Source of the DNA: Pseudomonadota bacterium
GTDB taxonomy: Bacteria > Bdellovibrionota_B > Oligoflexia > Oligoflexales > CAIMVM01
Length of the DNA: 10,866 bases
Direction of reading: 5' to 3'
NCBI GenBank assembly: GCA_037142195.1
Contig: JBAXBA010000107.1
Span: 1-10,866 of the forward strand
The notes under the pieces were generated by a model. That model was given only the letters and a program-made list of their open reading frames with translations, was not told the origin of the DNA and searched no databases. A program made the position numbers and the translations under genes. Shown here piece after piece: positions 5,021 to 10,866 of this stretch. How positions within the stretch are numbered: position 1 is the first letter of the stretch; every line of letters begins with the position of its first letter.

Positions 5021-6190
5021 GTGAGGTTATTCGTCCTTTTGATATTGTTCTACTCTCGCAGTGCCTTTGCGACGCCGCTCATCGCCATTCGAGAGTCTCA
5101 AAATTGTGATGGTTGCCACGACGGGGGTCGCAGTCAGCGTCCTATCTTGTGGCGCAGGTGCACTTTAGATTGCCAGGGCTGCCATATCGACCCCAATGGG
5201 GCGGGAGCAAGGAATCAATGGGGTAGCTACTATACCCAAAATGAAATGGCCGTGAAAAGTTTCCTCAAGCAGCAAGACCCTCTGAAAGACATCTCTAGGT
5301 TTGACGTACATTTTGACGCCAGAACGATTTCCAGAAGTAGCTCTAGTGAGACGAGATGGTTTCCCATGGCCTCCACCTTTACCCTACGCGTAAGGCCCAT
5401 GATCCAGTGGCTTCATCTCGTTTATTCCCCCACCGTCTTTGGCCGTATCGGGGAAGAAACATTTACCTTAAATCGTTCTGATACAAGACGATTTCGTGAT
5501 TCCTACTATGGGATGATCGACGGACTTCCCATGAATTTATATCTTAAAGCCGGCCGCGGCCAGCCTCTCTATGGCCTTCGAAGATCCAACCACAGTCTTT
5601 GGATTCGAGAAAAAATTGGCTTGGATGAATTTGCGACGACCGACAGCGTTAATTTCGGCGGGACCCCAAATGTTCCCTACTTTCACATTTCGAAAATGTT
5701 GGGAGATCCTTACATGCCAGAGGAAGATAGACAAAAAGGAATGAGCTATCATTTTGGCCTTCGGGGTGTCAGCTATGGCTGGAACATAAATGCTTCCGGC
5801 TGGCAGACCAAGTCAGAAAAAGCTGATGTTTCAATGACTGCTTTTGGGGGCGGGCTACATGCCTACGACATCCTCATTTACGGAGAAAGAAATTTTAGAA
5901 AAGTCGAAGCCCTAAATCCCGAAGGCAGCTTTAGTTACCCTGGCCTCATGACCCAGCCTTCTTCCCAAATCAGCGAATACTCTATAGCATTTACGGGTTT
6001 AAAAGGCGTCTCCATCGCAGGTTATAGAGAATCCCTTAAATCAGATAGCGCCGATTCTAAGCGATTTTCAGCTTCCCTAGATCTTCATCCCATTCCCTGG
6101 ATTCAAATGGAAGCGTGGCGCCGAAGGGAACTCGGAACTAGGGAGGTATGGGACACACTTTTTGTGGCTCATATTCTTTACGACTTTTAG
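5021..6190 (+). CDS. Putative outer-membrane cytochrome c-porin fusion (Cyc2-like architecture, two CxxCH motifs)
   Basis: GTG start with RBS GGAG (5012-5015); signal peptide ending AFA|T; CDGCH (29-33) and CQGCH (51-55); remainder rich in amphipathic beta-strand patterns (LYLKAGR, GWNINASGW, FSASLDLHP); ends in AHILYDF with terminal Phe (BAM beta-signal-like). Confidence 0.8.
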   Translation: MRLFVLLILFYSRSAFATPLIAIRESQNCDGCHDGGRSQRPILWRRCTLDCQGCHIDPNGAGARNQWGSYYTQNEMAVKSFLKQQDPLKDISRFDVHFDARTISRSSSSETRWFPMASTFTLRVRPMIQWLHLVYSPTVFGRIGEETFTLNRSDTRRFRDSYYGMIDGLPMNLYLKAGRGQPLYGLRRSNHSLWIREKIGLDEFATTDSVNFGGTPNVPYFHISKMLGDPYMPEEDRQKGMSYHFGLRGVSYGWNINASGWQTKSEKADVSMTAFGGGLHAYDILIYGERNFRKVEALNPEGSFSYPGLMTQPSSQISEYSIAFTGLKGVSIAGYRESLKSDSADSKRFSASLDLHPIPWIQMEAWRRRELGTREVWDTLFVAHILYDF

Positions 6191-6202
6191 TCCCAATTAG
6201 AA

Positions 6203-6258
6203 AGTCATGGGTCCCACAGGCCAGATCTCAAATCCTAACCATAGAGAAACCCATGACT
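6203..6258. repeat. Perfect 10-bp inverted repeat between convergent genes
   Basis: AGTCATGGGT (6203-6212) and ACCCATGACT (6249-6258), 36-nt spacer. Confidence 0.7.
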
Positions 6259-6262
6259 AGTA

Positions 6263-6300
6263 TACGTGGAAGTGCTTTACGTGGAAGTGCTTTACGTAGA
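6263..6300. repeat. 15-bp tandem repeat (TACGTGGAAGTGCTT), about 2.5 copies
   Basis: Exact units at 6263-6277 and 6278-6292, partial TACGTAGA at 6293-6300. Confidence 0.9.
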
Positions 6301-6312
6301 GAGCAAATCCTA

Positions 6313-7071
6313 TTAATAATCTGAAATGAGCGAAACCCATTCTGGATGAGATACAAAAGGATTAGCATTTCCCTGAGCCTGCTGAATAAGAGAGTCTCTT
6401 TTTAGTTCATAGGCATTCGGTGGATATTTTTCATTCCACTTTCGAAGGACCACTTCTTCGCTATTATCTACCGGAAGGCCATACATAATCGACATATAAA
6501 AGACAGCTCGTGCCGTCGCTCCTCTTTGCTTAACAGGAGGCATAAACGAATGACCACCCGGACAAAGTATCCCTTGGGTCTCGTCTTTAGCCTCACATTC
6601 TCCAAACGGGTAACTTCCTCTAATACCATTTATCTTGGAGCCAGCAGGAAATAAATGATGAAGGTCAGCCCGTGATAGGGCACTTTCAGGATGTGTTTTC
6701 AGATAAGACTGGGGAACGGTGTGCTCAGTGTTAAAATAATTGGAGTCGGGAAGGCCTTTAACGGGCTCTTCAATACGGTCTTTGGAATAAACGCAATCTA
6801 TATAATTTGTGCCATTCTCTGTATAAACATCAATCTTATGATAAATCTGCATTCTTGCTTCGTCATAACCAAGGGACTTAAAACCTTTTTGTTCCAGCAG
6901 CTGAAGAGCACTGGCATTACACTTCGTCGAACCTGCACAGTTAAAGGGATCCATTTTCGCTGGCCCTGGTTGCCGCGCAAGGGCACTACTTCCTAAGAAA
7001 CATAAAGAGAAACCTAAAGACAAGACCTGACCGACAAAGAAAAAGTGCTGAACTCCCTTAAAAAACTTCAT
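6313..7071 (-). CDS. Secreted endonuclease I family (EndA/Vvn/Bsn-like, His-Me finger) nuclease
   Basis: NTEHTVPQS, DLHHLFPA, INGIRGSYPFG, RGATARAVFYM and QGNANPFV motifs; signal peptide ending ALA. ATG at 7071 is preferred to TTG 7077 because AGGGG (7082-7078) lies 6 nt upstream. Confidence 0.93.
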   Translation of the reverse strand: MKFFKGVQHFFFVGQVLSLGFSLCFLGSSALARQPGPAKMDPFNCAGSTKCNASALQLLEQKGFKSLGYDEARMQIYHKIDVYTENGTNYIDCVYSKDRIEEPVKGLPDSNYFNTEHTVPQSYLKTHPESALSRADLHHLFPAGSKINGIRGSYPFGECEAKDETQGILCPGGHSFMPPVKQRGATARAVFYMSIMYGLPVDNSEEVVLRKWNEKYPPNAYELKRDSLIQQAQGNANPFVSHPEWVSLISDY

Positions 7072-7442
7072 ACCCAACCCCTAAGTTTTGTTCCATTTTG
7101 TTTTTGAGATAACCCAAATACCTCAAAACAATGTCATTATGGTGCCCGGGCTCTCTATCTTGAATCTTGTGCAAATGTCAATTCCAAAAGAGCTAAAAAA
7201 CAAATAAAATCAAACCACTACGCCCGCCGACCCTAAAATAGGCAGAAGAATTCTTTAGTTTCGATAGGTTAACGGAGCAGCCGAAAGAGAGCTGAAAAAC
7301 GCTCTAGAAACAGCTTCCATGGCAGCAGTTTCACTCTGGAATACTCCGAAATGAAGCCCCAAACCCCTTCCCATGCTATCAGTTTTTAGTTGCTTAGAGC
7401 CTAGCCCCCGCATTAAGTTGAAGCCTTACCTAAGGAGACACC

Positions 7443-7757
7443 ATGCTGGATCAAGAATTAACGGCTAAAATCGAAACTTTACTAAAGCAAAACCAAGTGA
7501 TGCTTTTCATGAAGGGCAATAAGGCACAGCCTATGTGTGGATTTTCCGCTCAAGTGGTAAGTCTTCTCAATAAGAATAAGGCTTCCTATGAAACATTCGA
7601 CATTCTTGCGGATTGGGACATACGCGAAGGCCTTAAAGAGTACTCCCATTGGCCGACATTTCCCCAGCTTTACGTCAAAGGTGAGCTCATTGGCGGCTGC
7701 GATATCGTTATGGAACTTGAACGCAAAGGTGAATTAGTTAAGATACTTAACGGATAA
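7443..7757 (+). CDS. grxD: Monothiol glutaredoxin, Grx4 family
   Basis: LFMKG...PMCGFS active site, REGLKEYSHWPTFPQLY and GGCD motifs; RBS AAGGAG upstream. Confidence 0.97.
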   Translation: MLDQELTAKIETLLKQNQVMLFMKGNKAQPMCGFSAQVVSLLNKNKASYETFDILADWDIREGLKEYSHWPTFPQLYVKGELIGGCDIVMELERKGELVKILNG

Positions 7758-7781
7758 ATCGCCCTCTTTTAAAGGTACCCT

Positions 7782-8933
7782 ATGCCCATTAATCCCTCTG
7801 ATTTTACTCTTGTAGTTCACCCGGGCACTGGTCCTGAGCCCGTTACTGGGGCCATCATGACCCCCATATTTCAGACCTCGACATTTGTTCAGCAAGCGCC
7901 GGGCGTTCACAAGGGATATGACTATTCCCGTGCGGATAATCCCACTCGAGAAAAACTTGAGCATGCATTTGCCCTTTTAGAAAAAAGTCGGTTTGGACTC
8001 TCCTTTGCCTCCGGCTTAGCTGCCGAGCAAGCCATCATTCAGATTCTAGAGCCAGGCACCACGATTCTAGTCTGCGAAGATGTGTATGGTGGTACGGGAA
8101 GACTTTTTAGAAGACTCTTTGCAAAATATGGATTTGACTTTCGCTTTGTTGACATGAGAAATTTGGATGAGATCAAATCCCATATAAATAAAAACAAAAC
8201 GTCGATGATCTGGGTGGAGACTCCCACCAATCCGACTTTGCGAATTGTCGACATCAAAGGCGTAGCAGCTATCGCCAAAGAAAATAACGCGATTTTGGTG
8301 GTGGACAACACTTTTTCCTCTCCCCTATTTCAAGCGCCTTTAGCCCTTGGAGCAGACATTGTAGTACACTCCACTACAAAATATATTGGCGGGCACTCAG
8401 ACATCATCGGAGGTGCTGTGATGCTTAATAGCCAAGACCTTTATGATAAGCTTAAATTTGTTCAGTTTGCCGGAGGAGCTACGCCAGCCCCTATTGAGTG
8501 TTTTCTTCTTCTAAGATCAATCATGACTCTCGGTGTCCGCATGGAGCGTCATGAAAAAAATGCTATTAAGGTCGCCGAATTTTTAGAGTCTCACAAAAAC
8601 GTACGCTCGGTCTATTTTCCGGGTTTAAAAAACCATCCCCAACATGATCTTGCCAGATCTCAAATGACTGGCTTTTCGGGAATGGTTAGCTTTGATCTTA
8701 AGGGTGACTACTCCCATGTTTTAGCCTTTTTAGAAAAGCTTAAAGTCTTCACGCTCGCAGAAAGCTTAGGCGGAGTTGAATCCTTAGTAAATCATCCCGA
8801 AAAAATGACTCACGCCTCCGTTCCTGAGGATCTGCGCCGCAAACTCGGAATCAATTCTAACCTTCTGCGCCTTTCTGTGGGCATCGAATCGGAAGAAGAT
8901 ATCATTGCAGATCTCGATCGCGCCTTAAGTTAA
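7782..8933 (+). CDS. metB: Cys/Met metabolism PLP-dependent enzyme (cystathionine gamma-synthase/gamma-lyase)
   Basis: YDYSRADNPTR, FASGLAA, DVYGGT, ETPTNP, DNTF, HSTTK200YIGGHSD (PLP lysine), LAESLGGVESL and RLSVGIE. Synthase versus lyase cannot be resolved by eye, so the symbol is tentative. Confidence 0.9.
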   Translation: MPINPSDFTLVVHPGTGPEPVTGAIMTPIFQTSTFVQQAPGVHKGYDYSRADNPTREKLEHAFALLEKSRFGLSFASGLAAEQAIIQILEPGTTILVCEDVYGGTGRLFRRLFAKYGFDFRFVDMRNLDEIKSHINKNKTSMIWVETPTNPTLRIVDIKGVAAIAKENNAILVVDNTFSSPLFQAPLALGADIVVHSTTKYIGGHSDIIGGAVMLNSQDLYDKLKFVQFAGGATPAPIECFLLLRSIMTLGVRMERHEKNAIKVAEFLESHKNVRSVYFPGLKNHPQHDLARSQMTGFSGMVSFDLKGDYSHVLAFLEKLKVFTLAESLGGVESLVNHPEKMTHASVPEDLRRKLGINSNLLRLSVGIESEEDIIADLDRALS

Positions 8934-8992
8934 TCAGATGGATGTAATGCTTGATCTTGATCCACTGTAAATATTAGAACCCAATGACCTTT

Positions 8993-9045
8993 TCCTATGA
9001 CGACTTGAATGGAGCCAAGTTAAGTTGTCATAGGATTTATGGTTT
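8993..9045 (+). terminator. Putative terminator of the grxD-metB unit
   Basis: 14-bp stem TCCTATGACGACTT (8993-9006) / AAGTTGTCATAGGA (9022-9035) with one G-U pair, followed by TTTATGGTTT. Confidence 0.6.
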
Positions 9046-9388
9046 AAGTGATACAATTACATAACTTAATAGCTCTGCTACTTGCCGCCTAGTTGGAAAG
9101 CTGAAGATCTTTAAATAAACATTTTCTAAAAGTAGTGTTTTCTAATGAAAATATACTCTCGGGCGAAGGCTCCAATTTCTGGCTTCCAGTTTTTAGGTCA
9201 TTCTATTGATATGCCCCTTTGAATCGAAAGAGACTGAGACATTTTGGCGTCTTGCCTGAAAAAGTGGCGTTGGAATTTAAAGTCCGAGTCCCTTTCCTTG
9301 TAACGGGCGCTCATAATCTCACCAAACTATGATAGACTCTAAAATAGTAAAATCCAAAAATATCAGCTCAAAAGCAGGAAGATAACTG

Positions 9389-10630
9389 ATGGAAGCAAGT
9401 TTGATTTCTAAAATAGTTTCAAAACGTATGTTAGTTGCTTTTGGCCTAGGGATTACTGGTGGCTTACCCCTGCTATTAGGCGGCTCTACACTTCAGGCTT
9501 GGATGAAAGACTTAGGTGCAGACCTAACTACAGTCGGTGCTGTCAGCCTTATTGGACTGCCATATACTCTCAAGTTTCTATGGGCGCCACTCTTTGATAG
9601 ATATGTCATAAAGCCGTTTGGAAGACGTCGGGGATGGCTTTTTGTAACACAAGCACTTTGTGCCGCAGCTATTTTTTATCTGGGTACCCTTGGTGGCATG
9701 TCAAGTCCTTCCCTGCAAGTAATTGCTTGGGGAGCTTTCGTTCTAGCTTTCTTTAGTGCCTCTCAAGATATCGTCATTGATGCTTACCGCAGAGAGTCTC
9801 TAGCTGACGAAGAGTTAGGGCTAGGATCTTCCCTCTATATTTCGGGCTACCGCATCGCCCTCCTTATTTCTGGTGCGGGCTCCTTAGCGATTGCGCAAAT
9901 TTATGACTGGCAAAGAGTGTTCTACGTCATGGCAGCTATCATGACATTAGGAATGGGACTGACATTTTGGGCAAAAGAACCCGAAGTCTCGGATGCTCAC
10001 CCTGTCAATTTTAAAGAAGCGGTCATCGATCCTTTTGTTGACTTTTTCAAAAGACCCGGCGCTTGGCTTTTTCTTGCTTTTATATTCTTCTATAAAGTAG
10101 GCGATCAAATGGCCTCTAATATGACCATGCCGCTCTACTTAGACTTAGGTTTTTCAAAGCTAGAGATCGGCGCCATTGTTAAGGGCATTGGCTTTTGGAC
10201 GACCCTTATTGGGGGATTTATTGGCGGCGTGCTGATCTTAAGATGGGGGCTCATCCGTTCGCTCTTTATTTTTGGGATCTTACAAATGGTATCCACTGCA
10301 GGATTTTCTCTTCTTCATATGATTGGAAAAGACAATCTTGCTTTAGGTATGGTCATTGGCTTCGAAAACATCACCTCCGGAATGGGCACATCAGCTTTTG
10401 CTGCGTTCCTAGGGAGTCTCACCAGCCGACGGTATACGGCGACACAGTATGCACTTCTTTCCAGCTTTATGGGAATTCCACGGGTAATTGTCGCTGCACC
10501 AGGTGGCAAAATGGTGGAAAGCTGGGGCTACTTTAACTTTTTTCTAGTTTGCACCTGTGTTGCCATTCCTGCTCTCTTTATGATTCCCAAAATGACAAAA
10601 TTGATCGAAGCAGACAAAGGTCATGCCTAA
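9389..10630 (+). CDS. ampG: AmpG family muropeptide MFS transporter
   Basis: GLPLLL...TLQAWM, LPYTLKFLWAPLFDR, GRRRGW, SASQDIVIDAYRRE, YKVGD and TATQYALLSS motifs; multiple hydrophobic helices. Confidence 0.96.
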   Translation: MEASLISKIVSKRMLVAFGLGITGGLPLLLGGSTLQAWMKDLGADLTTVGAVSLIGLPYTLKFLWAPLFDRYVIKPFGRRRGWLFVTQALCAAAIFYLGTLGGMSSPSLQVIAWGAFVLAFFSASQDIVIDAYRRESLADEELGLGSSLYISGYRIALLISGAGSLAIAQIYDWQRVFYVMAAIMTLGMGLTFWAKEPEVSDAHPVNFKEAVIDPFVDFFKRPGAWLFLAFIFFYKVGDQMASNMTMPLYLDLGFSKLEIGAIVKGIGFWTTLIGGFIGGVLILRWGLIRSLFIFGILQMVSTAGFSLLHMIGKDNLALGMVIGFENITSGMGTSAFAAFLGSLTSRRYTATQYALLSSFMGIPRVIVAAPGGKMVESWGYFNFFLVCTCVAIPALFMIPKMTKLIEADKGHA

Positions 10631-10643
10631 ATTTTTGAATCCG

Positions 10644-10826
10644 CTAAGTTTCAGAATCATCGGACAAGGTGAATCTCATATCATTTTTAAATGAGTGCCT
10701 CCAAGAAGTCTTCCCCGACTTCTTGAGGGGCCTATCATTTTTTTCACTCCCCACACCTTGCGTCATTTCCCACTCTTCGCCTCTAAAGTACATCTCGCAA
10801 GTGGCGAGATCGCAGGGTAAAATCAT
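10644..10826 (-). CDS. Possible 60-aa hypothetical protein
   Basis: ATG preceded by GGAGGG about 7 nt upstream; converges on ampG with a 13-bp gap; no recognisable domain. Confidence 0.25.
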   Translation of the reverse strand: MILPCDLATCEMYFRGEEWEMTQGVGSEKNDRPLKKSGKTSWRHSFKNDMRFTLSDDSET

Positions 10827-10866
10827 CTTAATTCCCTCCCCTCAATACTTTCATTAGGTATTCATT

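Noticed and set aside
5021..6190. Calling the gene cyc2 or mtrB
   Set aside because: Lacks the FAR signature and has two heme motifs; much shorter than MtrB. Iron oxidation cannot be inferred from sequence.
5537..6996. ORFs 5537-5752 (-), 6691-6996 (+), 6798-6986 (-)
   Set aside because: Overlap established genes in other frames with no motifs.
6313..7071. Endonuclease plus exonuclease as an anti-phage defence system
   Set aside because: The endonuclease has a signal peptide typical of secreted nutrient-scavenging nucleases and the two genes are not in one operon.
7153..7181. Sigma70 promoter for the nuclease from TTGACA (7181-7176, -)
   Set aside because: No convincing -10 hexamer at 16-18 bp spacing.
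7734..8311. ORFs 7734-7964 and 8039-8311 (-)
   Set aside because: Antisense shadows of grxD/metB.
10195..10857. ORFs 10195-10536 (+), 10315-10509 (-), 10669-10857 (+)
   Set aside because: First two lie inside ampG; the third has no domain and is antisense to an ORF with a better RBS.

Overview
Bacterial chromosomal window with eight well-supported genes and no integrase, transposase, CRISPR array, rRNA or tRNA that I can recognise. In order: group I truncated hemoglobin (+, sigma28-like promoter); Hsp20 (+, sigma54-like promoter and SD-occluding hairpin); DEDDh exonuclease fused to a degenerate GIY-YIG domain (-); tetraheme c-type cytochrome lipoprotein (-) divergent from a signal-peptide, two-CxxCH, beta-barrel-like protein (+); secreted endonuclease I family nuclease (-); monothiol glutaredoxin grxD followed by a Cys/Met PLP enzyme (+); ampG (+). 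The best candidate for an undescribed system is the divergent pair at 4467-6190: a diheme Cyc2-like cytochrome-porin fusion plus an internally duplicated tetraheme lipoprotein, which could form a compact outer-membrane electron conduit. A 124-nt rod-like fold with a central bubble at 2522-2645 is a candidate ncRNA. The gene mix suggests a Gram-negative, possibly Bdellovibrionota/Oligoflexia-like host, but that is only an impression. All motifs and folds were found by eye; no searches or folding programs were run.
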